Shown here piece by piece: positions 10,671 to 20,235 of a stretch of DNA of 64,000 bases. The DNA is taken from the NCBI GenBank assembly GCA_965222115.1, contig CBDCTJ010000007.1, positions 2,080,001 to 2,144,000 on the forward strand. Reading direction: 5' to 3'. Position 1 is the first letter of the stretch. The number at the start of each line of letters is the position of its first letter. This DNA comes from Planctomycetota bacterium. Lineage in GTDB: Bacteria; Planctomycetota; PLA2; JAEUHO01. Made by a program: the position numbers and the translations under genes. The notes beneath the pieces were generated by a model. It was not told where the DNA came from, ran no database searches, and saw only the letters and a program-made list of their open reading frames with translations.

Positions 10671-11948
10671 ATGAACGAACGCGACCGTCAGCAGGTCATA
10701 GCATCTGTGTTCATGCGCGAATCAGTGAGGCTGACGGGCATGTTGACGCGCCTGCTCGGGCCGCAGAATGTTGAGCTTGCGGAAGATGTGGTGCAGGAAG
10801 CGTTTCTAGCGGCGTCGAAGCGGTGGTCGGTGACTGGGGTTCCGCAAAATCCAGCGGGATGGCTCATGCGTACGGCGCGTAATCGAGCCATCGACGCGAT
10901 CCGGCGCGAACGGAAGCGACGGCACTTTCCGGAAGACGTCGCATCACTTCTCGGCGAGGAAGCAGCGCGCTCGTCGTTTGACAACTATGCGCTTGACGAG
11001 GATCCGCTACACGACGACACGCTTACGATGATCTTCCTTTGCTGCGGCATCGACGTCAGCGCGGATCAACGCATTACGCTCATTTTAAAATCGCTTTGCG
11101 GCATGCGGGTGTCGGCGATTGCTCGCGCACTGCTCACGACCGAGGCCACCGTGAAGAAGAGGCTGGTACGTGTTCGCAGGCATGTTCGCGGAAAGTCCTT
11201 TGCGCTACCTGCGCATGAAGACGTGCCTCACGCCCTGCGCACTGTACACATGGCGTTGTATTTGCTGTTCAATGAAGGCTACCTGTCCACGTCGGGAGAT
11301 CCCATTCAGCATGATGTGTGCCGGCATGCGATGTTTCTTACCCGCCATTTGACGGATGCGGCTGACTATTCGGACGCGAGCACCCATGCACTGCTTGCTC
11401 TTATGTGTTTTCACGCGGCGCGTTATGTGTCTCGGATGGGCGACGACGGTGCGCTGATTCCCATCGATCAACAGGATCGTGCTTCGTGGGACCGGGCGTT
11501 GCTTGTCGCGGGCTTCAACAGCTTGCAGCGTGCCCGCAACATGGATTCTGGCCATAGCACACGCTACATGCTGGAAGCCGCCATCGCCGCGCAGCACTGC
11601 GCCGCGCGCTCCTTTGAAGAGACCAACTGGACGATGGTGTGTCGTCTCTACGATCGACTGATGCACGTTCAAGGCTCGCCGATCACTGCGCTCAATCGTG
11701 CGGTTGCGATGTCGTACCGCGATGGCCCGGCTGAAGCCATCAAACTGGTGTCGTCCATTCGTGCCGCGTCAAAGAATGGCTATAACGGCCGGGCTGATGC
11801 GGTCTTGGCACATCTTTACGCACGCCTGGGCGACGGTACGAACGCCGAAAGGCACCTCGCAGCCGCTCTTTCCGAAACGAATGCCGAGCACGAGCGCAAC
11901 CTGCTCAAGCGTCAGATCGCGCGCGCTCTCTCGACAACGACGAGCTAG
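10671..11948 (+). CDS. ECF42-type sigma factor with C-terminal DUF6596/TPR extension
   Basis: AEDVVQEAF, PQNPAGWL..ARNRAIDAIRR, DDTLTMIFLCC, LYLLFNEGY, DQQDRASWD, LEAAIAAQH, LNRAVA. Confidence 0.9.
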   Translation: MNERDRQQVIASVFMRESVRLTGMLTRLLGPQNVELAEDVVQEAFLAASKRWSVTGVPQNPAGWLMRTARNRAIDAIRRERKRRHFPEDVASLLGEEAARSSFDNYALDEDPLHDDTLTMIFLCCGIDVSADQRITLILKSLCGMRVSAIARALLTTEATVKKRLVRVRRHVRGKSFALPAHEDVPHALRTVHMALYLLFNEGYLSTSGDPIQHDVCRHAMFLTRHLTDAADYSDASTHALLALMCFHAARYVSRMGDDGALIPIDQQDRASWDRALLVAGFNSLQRARNMDSGHSTRYMLEAAIAAQHCAARSFEETNWTMVCRLYDRLMHVQGSPITALNRAVAMSYRDGPAEAIKLVSSIRAASKNGYNGRADAVLAHLYARLGDGTNAERHLAAALSETNAEHERNLLKRQIARALSTTTS

Positions 11949-11968
11949 GTTGGGATCGTCACACCGCG

Positions 11969-12322
11969 CTAACCGTAGCACTCCCGCACCATGACGGTGC
12001 CACCGGGATTGTTCTTCAGGAACGGTGTGCCCGCGGCGAGCTTGTTGGCCTCTTCGAGGTCTTTTGCGATGACAACTGAGTAGCCGCCAACCAACTCTTT
12101 GAGCTCGATCATGGCTGCGTCGGTGTTTACGTTGGCTCCATCCTTGGTTACCAGCGAACCATTGGGCGCGAGGCCAGATCCAACGCTTCGAAGCCGATCC
12201 GCCGCGGCCATCTCCTGGCCCCATGTGGACCACGATTCCATCACCGCCTTCATTTCGTCCGGCGTCAGGTTCTGCGCCCAGTTGGGATCTCCACCAAGAT
12301 AGATCAGCATGAAGTCTTTCAT
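11969..12322 (-). CDS. YCII-related (DGPF-like) protein
   Basis: FMLIY, W..W..EM, TDAAMIELKELVGGYSVV, LEEA; the usual ECF42 neighbour. Confidence 0.88.
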   Translation of the reverse strand: MKDFMLIYLGGDPNWAQNLTPDEMKAVMESWSTWGQEMAAADRLRSVGSGLAPNGSLVTKDGANVNTDAAMIELKELVGGYSVVIAKDLEEANKLAAGTPFLKNNPGGTVMVRECYG

Positions 12323-12697
12323 TGTGTCGTCCTTCTGTGCCTGTTGTCTGCGGTATCTGCGAGCCCTGACGCCGTCAACAGGCTAGCCGGCGTCGCGCTT
12401 CTACCCCAATGACGAGTGGGGATGGGGAAGGGAGACACAATTCGCCCGAGAATCAAACAATTGAGGAAGGAGCCTGGATCTAAGCGGCAGTCAGGTGACG
12501 GCCGGCATCTCGGAAGCGATTCGATCCGCGAGGACAAAGTGGCGCAGACGGACAAGGCAGACAAATTACGCGACCGCCGTGCCTATCGTGAACAGGTCGC
12601 AGTGAATTCGAGTCTCGACGATTACAGAGAGCTAGTTGGGTTGCATACCTCCCCAACCATCTGCCGTGCCACCGAATTCTCTGGCGAGAGCTTCAAG

Positions 12698-12808
12698 ATC
12701 TTTTTCGATCCAGAGAACAACCTTTCGCCCGTCCTGAGCTTCGTTTTGTGCGGCCCACTCGGGTTTTTGTTGGGCGTGTTGATTGGGATCAATCGACGTG
12801 AAGATTGA
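12698..12808 (+). pseudogene. 3' fragment paralogous to the 7324-7623 membrane protein
   Basis: IFFDPENNLSPVLSFVLCGPLGFLLGVLIGINRRED* versus VIFESGNNLAPAMSILVSGPIGFLIGVAIGINRGDD*; N-terminal TMs absent. Confidence 0.65.
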
Positions 12809-12869
12809 CGATGTTTGTTCCGTGAAGCCAAGCCATGTTGGGTTTAACCTGTACTTGGCTCTGACACTG

Positions 12870-12983
12870 GTAGTCGTTCGTCACCGCCGCCCTGTCAGGG
12901 GAAGTCCAATGGGGGATGGCCGCCCAGGGCTCTGCGCCTCTGTAGCTAGGTGCCACTGCGCGAGGTAAATGGCGTACGACTAC
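12870..12983. repeat. GTAG...CTAC inverted-repeat element (REPIN/MITE-like)
   Basis: GTAGTCGTTCGTCA (12870-12883) is near-complementary to TGGCGTACGACTAC (12970-12983); internal GCCCTG/CAGGGC stem. Confidence 0.45.
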
Positions 12984-13110
12984 AACTGAGCGATCACATT
13001 CCACGAAAAGTGTGGTTTTTCCACCACACCGTATCCCTCGCGAAACATGTAGTTTTGGTCCCGAATTCGTGTTTGTCGTATCCTGGCACGTTCGGAATCT
13101 GAGGTGTCTC

Positions 13111-14343
13111 ATGCGAACGGCTCTCCCCTGGATCCTCGTCGCTCTGTTCGCCGGCTTGTGGATCGGATCGATCGTATTGGTGGAGAAGGAACCGATGCCT
13201 CGATCGAGTCAAGGCGTTCCCGATGTAAGCGCCGACGGCTCGGATGAGCTCGCCGAACTTCGTTCCGCCGTGAACGAGCTACGGAAAGAAGTAAGATCGC
13301 TTCGCGAAGAACACGTAGACCGACGAATGCCCGTGCTACAGGCGTCAAACACGAAGCGAGCGTCTGCATCGCATTCGGCCACGCCGAGAAGCGAGTCCTT
13401 CAAGAAGCGCGAAGAAAAGGCTCGAGTGAACCGAGCGAGGCGGCAGCGAGACGTAGAGGCTGCGGCGATCCGTAAGAAGTGGAATGATGACATCCGCTCG
13501 CTCAAGGACGCGTCCGCGCGGGAATTCGCCCTGCGTGAGATGCGCGCTGCCTTCGACGGCGAGAATGATGTGCGCAGACTCGCTGCACTTCGGCTCGCGC
13601 GGTGGATCGGCAACGTTGAGTTCGATCGTGCCGATTGGCGCGGTGCCATTCTTCCTCATGCAAGAAATGGGGATCCTGAGGTTCAGATTGCCGCGCTCAT
13701 CGCATTAGCCTACGTGCAACCCGAGCACGCCGACTTGGATCTTTGGTCCGAGGTTATCAAGCATGCCGATAGAGAGAACGGGGAAGAGGTTGCCCATGCG
13801 ATTGTACGCGCGTCTGGAGGAATCATCCGGGGCACGACAGCTGACGCCGTATTACATCTGTTGCGCGACGGAACCAACACCAAGAAGGCGTTCGTCATCC
13901 GCGGACTTCAGGGCGGCAGAGAGTGGGACGAAGCTGTCGAGGCACGCTTGATAGAGATCGCCCGAAATGCGCCGGCGCGCGATTACGATTCCGTATACTA
14001 CTTTCACTTCATCACGTCGCGTCTTGATCCCAAATCGGATGAAGTGATCGAACTCATGCTAGAGAAGATCGAAGAAGGCAAGTCCGAGATGGCCGCGATC
14101 ATGCGAGGATTCCGCATCGGCCTGGATGACCGACAAGCGGAGCTTGTTGCCGACAAGCTGCTCGGTTACGCGGAGAACGCTGGTACGTCCCACAAACTGA
14201 AGGCGATCGCTGACGGACTGAAGAACGTCGTACGTCCGCAGCACATTCCGCGACTCGAAGCGCTTGCCAAAGGCGACAATGTCAGCGTATACGCCCAACG
14301 AGCCCTAAATGGTGCCATCGATGCGGCTCAGCGGCGGCGCTGA
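13111..14343 (+). CDS. Membrane-anchored coiled-coil plus HEAT-like alpha-helical protein
   Basis: RBS GAGG; N-terminal TM; LAELRSAVNELRKEVRSLRE coiled coil; DPEVQIAALIALA-type HEAT motifs. Confidence 0.75.
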   Translation: MRTALPWILVALFAGLWIGSIVLVEKEPMPRSSQGVPDVSADGSDELAELRSAVNELRKEVRSLREEHVDRRMPVLQASNTKRASASHSATPRSESFKKREEKARVNRARRQRDVEAAAIRKKWNDDIRSLKDASAREFALREMRAAFDGENDVRRLAALRLARWIGNVEFDRADWRGAILPHARNGDPEVQIAALIALAYVQPEHADLDLWSEVIKHADRENGEEVAHAIVRASGGIIRGTTADAVLHLLRDGTNTKKAFVIRGLQGGREWDEAVEARLIEIARNAPARDYDSVYYFHFITSRLDPKSDEVIELMLEKIEEGKSEMAAIMRGFRIGLDDRQAELVADKLLGYAENAGTSHKLKAIADGLKNVVRPQHIPRLEALAKGDNVSVYAQRALNGAIDAAQRRR

Positions 14344-14445
14344 CGAAGCGGTCGCCGGTCCGGACGCGATTTCACGCACGCCAATTCGCGTGAACCTTGG
14401 TTCGGTCTTTCGATGCGCACCGCGCGAATCAGAGATTCGCTTGAA

Positions 14446-14496
14446 CAGGGTTCGCTTCGCTCACCCTTAGCTATCGGCTTTGGCTCCTTCGGAGCC
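14446..14496. repeat. REP-like double hairpin
   Basis: AGGGT..ACCCT stem followed by GGCTCC-TTC-GGAGCC between convergent genes. Confidence 0.45.
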
Positions 14497-14548
14497 TCTT
14501 CCTCCTGAACCACTCCCATTGACAGCCGCAACCGAACATGGGGCTGCG

Positions 14549-14903
14549 CTTGGTGACCTTGGTGTCCTTGGCGAGAGCCTCTTCTTCAAACTGCGTCCCA
14601 CCACCGAAAGCTCACGTCCCAGCCAAGACGCGCTTCCCGACGCTTGCGCTTCGTTTCTTTGAGTTCTTTGTGTGAGCCTCTTCTTCTTCAAGCTGCGTCC
14701 CGCCACCGAATGCGCACGACCCCGCCAAGACGCGCTCCCTGACGCTTGCTCCCCTTGATCGTAGTCATGGAACGCAGTTTCCGCATGCCGGGTGGCGCTT
14801 GGTGCCCTTGGCCTTTCCTTGGTGAGAGCCTCTTCTTCTTCAAGCTGCGTACCACTACCGAATGCTTCCGACCCCCCCCCAAGATGCGCTCCCCAACGCT
14901 TGC
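14549..14903 (-). repeat. Tandem array of three composite repeats with about 75-bp cores
   Basis: Cores at 14573-14647, 14674-14749 and 14824-14903 (GAGCCTCTTCTTC..CTGCGT..ACCGAA..CCAAGA.GCGCT.CC..ACGCTTGC), each next to a 9-nt-period triplet. Confidence 0.9.
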
Positions 14904-14935
14904 ACCATTACGAACTCTGGGTTTTTGCGCGCGTC

Positions 14936-16777
14936 TCACGCGTCCGGCATAATCCCCTGTTCAACGCCAACGTAACGACCTTCCATCACCCGTTGTGCAA
15001 GTCGGCGCGAGTGGGCGTCTACGCTGTACTTATGGCGACGATTGTCTTTGATGCGGGCGCGGGCGTAGCGGCAGTAGAGATCGGCGAGTTCAATGGAGGG
15101 CTCGTCGCCGCGTGATGCAGCGCGCGAAATGGTGGCGGCCATGGCCGTGAGCTCGGTGCCTTCGTCCACGATGCGGCCAACAAGGGCCTGCCGATGTTCG
15201 AGCTTGGGACCAAAGCGAACCATGGCGTGGAATATGCGACGTGCAAGACGACGCGAGCCGCTGCGAACATATCGCCAGTGTTTCTTGAGCGCGGGTGGCA
15301 TGTCCGATGGCGTGCCGAATGTGGGCAGCCAGCGTTTGAGATACCACCACGGATACGTCGCGGCACACTTGAGAAACGCCTTGGCGCGTGCTCCGAAGGG
15401 TGCTGAGGGTTTAGCGAATGCGCCGGCCTTACGAAGGTGGGGGTCGAGCGCTTCGCGCGCCAGAAAGAGGCGCATGACTTCGCTCGTTCCTTCCACGATG
15501 CGGTTAAGGCGCGCCTCGCGGAAGATGCGCTCGACCGGTGCATCGGACTCGCCGCGTGCGCGCAAAGACTCTGCAGTTTCGTATCCACGACCACCGCGAA
15601 TCTGAACAGTGCGGTCTGCAATGGCGAATACGTGTTCCGAGCAAAAGAGCTTCGCCATGGCGGCTTCAATACGAATGTCGGACTCGCCATCGTCGGCAAG
15701 CGCCGCGGCGTAGTCGCTAAACGATTCCATCGCAAACGTGTGCGCCGCGATCCATCCCACTTGCACGGCTACTGCCTCGAGTTCGCCAATCTTCTCGCCC
15801 CACTGTTCGCGTTCGTCGATCCATGTGCGGACAATGCGCAGGCACGTCTTTGCAACCGCCGTATTCGTGGCAGGTAACGTCAAACGTCCCGTGTTGAGCG
15901 TAATGAGTGCGAGCTTGAGTCCATTGCCCTCTTCCCACAACAGATTCTCTTTGGGGACGCGCACATTGTTGAATCGCAGGAGGCCGCTGTGAATCCCACC
16001 GTAGCCCATGAAGTCGCAGCGATGCACGACCTCAAAGCCCGGTACATCCGTGTCCACGATAAATGCGGAAATCTGTGGACGCGGCTTTCCGCGAATCACC
16101 TTCTCGGGTGTGCGCGCCATTACGATGATCGTGTCGGCCTTTGGCCCGTTGGTGCACCAGAGTTTCTCGCCACTGAGGATCCATGCTTCACCGTCCTCCG
16201 TGGGCGTGGCTCGCGTCTGCATACGCGCCGGGTCGCTTCCTGCTTCTGGCTCGGTCAGCGCAAACGCGCTCAATTTGTCGCCTGCCATGGCGGGCAAGTA
16301 CTTGTCCTTCTGTTCTTTCGTACCAAACAACTTGAGCGGCGTACTCACGCCAATGCTCTGGTGGCCACTCATCCATATGGCCGTGCTGCCGCACCATGAA
16401 CCCACAAGTCCAACCGTGCGATTGTAGTTGGTCTGACTGAAGCCCAGGCCACCGTACTGCTTGGGGATCTTCAATCGAAACGCGCCAAGCTCCCGCAGGC
16501 GCTTCATAGCCTTCTCGGGAATCTCGCGATCGCGATCGACCGCGTCGGGATCAATCTCTTCGCGCAAGGCCGCTTCGAGTTTTTGAAGCAGCGGGTCGGC
16601 GGCGGCGCGATCGGCGGCGTCCTGTTCGGGAAACGGATGTACCAACTCGGACCTAAGCGACCCCAGAAAGAGCCCCGCTGCGAACGATGGATGACTCTGC
16701 TCGCTTTCGCGTGCGTCTTCAACCACTTCCATGGCCTCCGCCCGTGCATCGGATGGCTTGGGCGTGGACGACTTCAT
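14936..16777 (-). CDS. Acyl-CoA dehydrogenase (long, ACAD9/VLCAD-like)
   Basis: AFALTEPEAGSD, GEKLWCTNG, LNTGRL, REQWG, EAAMAKLF, QIRGGRGYE, RIVEGTSEV. Confidence 0.95.
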   Translation of the reverse strand: MKSSTPKPSDARAEAMEVVEDARESEQSHPSFAAGLFLGSLRSELVHPFPEQDAADRAAADPLLQKLEAALREEIDPDAVDRDREIPEKAMKRLRELGAFRLKIPKQYGGLGFSQTNYNRTVGLVGSWCGSTAIWMSGHQSIGVSTPLKLFGTKEQKDKYLPAMAGDKLSAFALTEPEAGSDPARMQTRATPTEDGEAWILSGEKLWCTNGPKADTIIVMARTPEKVIRGKPRPQISAFIVDTDVPGFEVVHRCDFMGYGGIHSGLLRFNNVRVPKENLLWEEGNGLKLALITLNTGRLTLPATNTAVAKTCLRIVRTWIDEREQWGEKIGELEAVAVQVGWIAAHTFAMESFSDYAAALADDGESDIRIEAAMAKLFCSEHVFAIADRTVQIRGGRGYETAESLRARGESDAPVERIFREARLNRIVEGTSEVMRLFLAREALDPHLRKAGAFAKPSAPFGARAKAFLKCAATYPWWYLKRWLPTFGTPSDMPPALKKHWRYVRSGSRRLARRIFHAMVRFGPKLEHRQALVGRIVDEGTELTAMAATISRAASRGDEPSIELADLYCRYARARIKDNRRHKYSVDAHSRRLAQRVMEGRYVGVEQGIMPDA

Positions 16778-16942
16778 GGGGATCGTGGTCTCCGAACGTT
16801 TGGAAGCGAGCTTGAATCTTCGCTTGGGATGCACATGCCGCAGTCAAAATTTGGTCCTGTTGCCGCTACGGAATTGACCGCTCTGAACAGATGTACACGA
16901 GGGCGAGCGTCGATTCGGGCGCACTTCATGTAGGTTGTGTGT

Positions 16943-18490
16943 ATGTCGCTGCGCACGAAATTGCTTGCCGCCGTCATCGGACTCCCGGTGGCCGTTGTGC
17001 TGCTCGCTTTGATCGTTTTGATGCGCTCTGAATCGACGGAACATACGCCCGCCAGCGCGATCGAGCACTCGGTTCGCGAACTCATGCGTGAGTGGGAAGC
17101 CGCGCGCGAGTCGGCGCCAGAGGGAGTGGAGGGAGCTGCATCGCGGCGTCGACACCAGCAGGCCCTGCGTCGCTTCTTGAAGCGTGTTCGGGAGCTTGAG
17201 CAACAGGGGCAATTCACGGAAAGCTTTATCGTGCTCATGCCACGTCCGGCTTCTGAACAGGCGACGTTCGATATCTGGACACTTAGCGGCTACTTGGACA
17301 CGAAAATCCGCGGCGGTGATGACGACGAACCCGATGTGCGGGATCCGGAGTTGAAACGTCAGCTTACAGAGTGGGCACAGGGTGCGTTTCGCGGTGGATT
17401 TCGATTTCGTGACTCGCATGTCGCGCTGGCCGGTCGCCTTAAAGTGGACGATCGCCACTACGTAGTCGTTGCCCGATCGCACGATCATCGCGCAGCCATG
17501 CGCCGCGTCTATTGGTTGTTGATTGCCGGCGCGTTGCTGCTGGCTGCCATTGCCTATTGGTTAGTGTCGCGGTGGGTCACTCAGCCGCTTAGACAACTCG
17601 GCGACGCGGCGAATCGCATTGCGCATGGAGACTATGAACTGGGCATCGATCCCCAAGGTCGAACCGACGAGTTTGGCCAAGCGCTGCGTGCACTCAATCA
17701 TATGTCCGGAGAGATTGCCGAGTATCAAGGCCACTTAGAAGACCGCGTGATGTCGGCCCTCGGTCGCATGAAAAGCGCCGAGAAGCACTTGACCGTGGCG
17801 CAACGACTCGCCGCAACCGGAAAGCTCGCGGCCGGACTCGCACACGAGATCAACAACCCCCTGGGCGGCATGCAAAATGCCGTTCGCGCGCTACGACGGG
17901 GTGATATGGACGCTGAGAAGACCGAAGTGTATCTGGGCCTTATTGGTGATGGGCTCAGTCGCGTTGAGCAAACGGTCAAGCGCTTTCTTGCATTCTCACC
18001 TCGCCGCATGGACGCACGCGCGTGTGACTTGTCTACGGTGGTTCGCAAGGGACTGGCCCTAGCCGAGCACCGTGCTGAGCGCTCCCACATCGTCGTCAAA
18101 GAGGAACTCGCGCCGGAAGGCGAGGCCATGGTCTATGGGGATTCCAATGAGTTGCAGCAAGTGGCGTTGAATCTCTTTCTCAATGCTGTTGATGCCGTTG
18201 CCGCGCAAAAGGAGCCCTTCATTCACATTCGCGTTGCGGCCCAGGGCGAAGAAGTCGTGTTGCGCGTGGACGACAATGGCGTGGGCATGACGGAAGAGGA
18301 TCAAGAGCGCTGCTTCGATATGTTCTTCACCTCCAAGTCGGTGGGGGAAGGAACCGGGATGGGACTGGCCGTGGTGCACACCATCATTACAAATCACGGC
18401 GGGCGCCTGGAGTTGCGGAGTCAGCCGGGTGAGGGCACGAGCTTTCAGGTGATCCTGCCCAGAGAACATACGGAGCAGGGATCGAGGTGA
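16943..18490 (+). CDS. HAMP-domain sensor histidine kinase
   Basis: Two TMs, HAMP (DEFGQ), H-box AHEINNPL, N-box QVALNLFLNAVDA, G1 DNGVG, F/G2 FFTSKSVGEGTGMGL. Confidence 0.95.
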   Translation: MSLRTKLLAAVIGLPVAVVLLALIVLMRSESTEHTPASAIEHSVRELMREWEAARESAPEGVEGAASRRRHQQALRRFLKRVRELEQQGQFTESFIVLMPRPASEQATFDIWTLSGYLDTKIRGGDDDEPDVRDPELKRQLTEWAQGAFRGGFRFRDSHVALAGRLKVDDRHYVVVARSHDHRAAMRRVYWLLIAGALLLAAIAYWLVSRWVTQPLRQLGDAANRIAHGDYELGIDPQGRTDEFGQALRALNHMSGEIAEYQGHLEDRVMSALGRMKSAEKHLTVAQRLAATGKLAAGLAHEINNPLGGMQNAVRALRRGDMDAEKTEVYLGLIGDGLSRVEQTVKRFLAFSPRRMDARACDLSTVVRKGLALAEHRAERSHIVVKEELAPEGEAMVYGDSNELQQVALNLFLNAVDAVAAQKEPFIHIRVAAQGEEVVLRVDDNGVGMTEEDQERCFDMFFTSKSVGEGTGMGLAVVHTIITNHGGRLELRSQPGEGTSFQVILPREHTEQGSR

Positions 18491-18607
18491 CCTGTTGGTG
18501 TTTGTTCAGGCACCTGAATAGCCTGATTGGCAGCAATTTGTCCTCGAATCAACGCATCTCAAGGTGCCCTCAGGTAAAACAGGGGGACTGTCTATAGGAG
18601 GGATGCC

Positions 18608-19264
18608 ATGTCCCGTCGCGATTCGAATTCAATTGGCCACGATTCCAGATCAGACAGCCAAGATGCCGGTAGCCGCAGCATCGGGCCCAAAGCCGCGCTT
18701 TGGATTGGCTTTCTGGCTGGTGGATGGTTGGCCACGCTCGCCTTCGTCTTCCTACCTGGATCGCTTGGCCAGGGTAACGCCTCGATCTTCCCCGCGGCCC
18801 ATGCGGAAGACCCGCCGCTTGGTGGCGAGAATCCCGGCAAGAATCCTGGATTGGGTGGGCTACTTCCGGGTGGCACAACCGATTCGCGCCCGCGGGGCAT
18901 TCCAAATCCCGGCGGTGGCACATCCGATTCGAATCGGCGTGCGATAGCGCTGTCGGCCTCGGTGGGCGGCGGCGAAAGTGCCGTGTACTACTTCGATACA
19001 GTGGCCCAGCGCCTGCTCGTCTATCAATACCGGGGCCGCCTCGTGAGTGGGGATCGCCCGCTCGGGAAGAATGACCGCGGCGGCCTGCGCTTGCTGGCGG
19101 CACGGCACATCGACCTAGATCTCAAGCTCAGCGCCTATCGCGATCTCTCCGAGCGCACACGGCGCGAGCTCAAAATCATGATGGACGCTGAGAAGGAGGG
19201 GAAGAAGCCCCCCAAGAAGTTCAAGCGCCCTCCCACCAAGGAAATCGAGATCGGCGACGATTAG
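18608..19264 (+). CDS. Hypothetical exported or membrane-anchored protein
   Basis: RBS AGGAGG; N-terminal hydrophobic helix, Gly/Pro linker, globular core YYFDTVAQRLLVYQY...LRLLAARHIDLDL. Confidence 0.7.
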   Translation: MSRRDSNSIGHDSRSDSQDAGSRSIGPKAALWIGFLAGGWLATLAFVFLPGSLGQGNASIFPAAHAEDPPLGGENPGKNPGLGGLLPGGTTDSRPRGIPNPGGGTSDSNRRAIALSASVGGGESAVYYFDTVAQRLLVYQYRGRLVSGDRPLGKNDRGGLRLLAARHIDLDLKLSAYRDLSERTRRELKIMMDAEKEGKKPPKKFKRPPTKEIEIGDD

Positions 19265-19508
19265 AATCTGTCGGAAGAGGCAGCGCCCGTTTGGCCTCCG
19301 TCAGGTGCTCGCCCTGGGACGCCCTCAGATCCTTCCGTTCTGATGCGATTTCGACTACGCTCTGGCCCAGGAGGCGGGTTGTCACGGTTCGGTCTCGAGC
19401 GGTGGTAACGTTAAGGAGGGCCGCGAGTGCGCGGTCCATGGCGGTTGTCGCATGACGGCGAACGCCGGTAGTTAATCTGCCCCGAGTTTTTTCCCTTGGG
19501 AGTTCAGC

Positions 19509-20195
19509 GTGGCCAAGTCCAAGAGCGGTGAGTTTTACAGCTTCGACGAAGTCCTTCGACAGCTCAACATTGATGAGAATCGGCTTAAGCGCCTCGTATC
19601 GGAGGGCGAAGTTCGCGCCTTCCGCGAGGGCGGTCAGATGAAGTTCAAGCGCGGCGATATCGACACGCTTGCCGGTCGCTCCGGTCGCGGCAGCCACACA
19701 TCGGAAACGTCGCTCACCGAAATCAGCCTTGAGGATGACAATGCCTCCACGCGCCACGTAGGCGCATCGGTCGGCGAGACGTTGGCCGACGATCTTTTGG
19801 AAGAGCCCGATATCTCAGCCACGGGTGGCTTGCGCACCGCCGAGATTTCCAGCCAAGACACCTTCATCGATCAAGAAGGTGTGGGTATGTCCACTGAGCC
19901 CATCGATTTCACCGGCGACGACATGCTCGACGACGATGATGACATCGACATTGGCGTGGACCGCCCCTCGTCGCGTCGTTCTGCAGAACGTCGTCCTCAA
20001 CAGCGTCGCGTCTACGTCGAAGAGGATGAGCGCACGCACCCCATGTTGTTGCTCTGCATGCTTCTTGCCGCACTGCTCGGCCTCTATGCTTGGCTCACCA
20101 CCATTTCCATTGGTCGCGGCCAGTCCAACTCCATGACCGAGTTCGGTGCCAAGACGTTCGGGCCCAAAGAGCACCCGGCCAATCTCAAGAAGTAG
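19509..20195 (+). CDS. Excisionase/MerR-like HTH protein with acidic linker and C-terminal TM
   Basis: FYSFDEVLRQL..DENRLKRLVSEGEVRAFREGGQMKFKRGDI; D/E-rich linker; TM LLLCMLLAALLGLYAWL. Confidence 0.8.
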   Translation: MAKSKSGEFYSFDEVLRQLNIDENRLKRLVSEGEVRAFREGGQMKFKRGDIDTLAGRSGRGSHTSETSLTEISLEDDNASTRHVGASVGETLADDLLEEPDISATGGLRTAEISSQDTFIDQEGVGMSTEPIDFTGDDMLDDDDDIDIGVDRPSSRRSAERRPQQRRVYVEEDERTHPMLLLCMLLAALLGLYAWLTTISIGRGQSNSMTEFGAKTFGPKEHPANLKK

Positions 20196-20235
20196 CGCTC
20201 GTACCAACCGGTTGCCCTGTCCTACGGTCTAGGCT

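Noticed and set aside
14549-14903. CRISPR array
   Set aside because: Repeats are about 75 bp and degenerate, spacers are unequal and related to each other, and there are no cas genes in the window.
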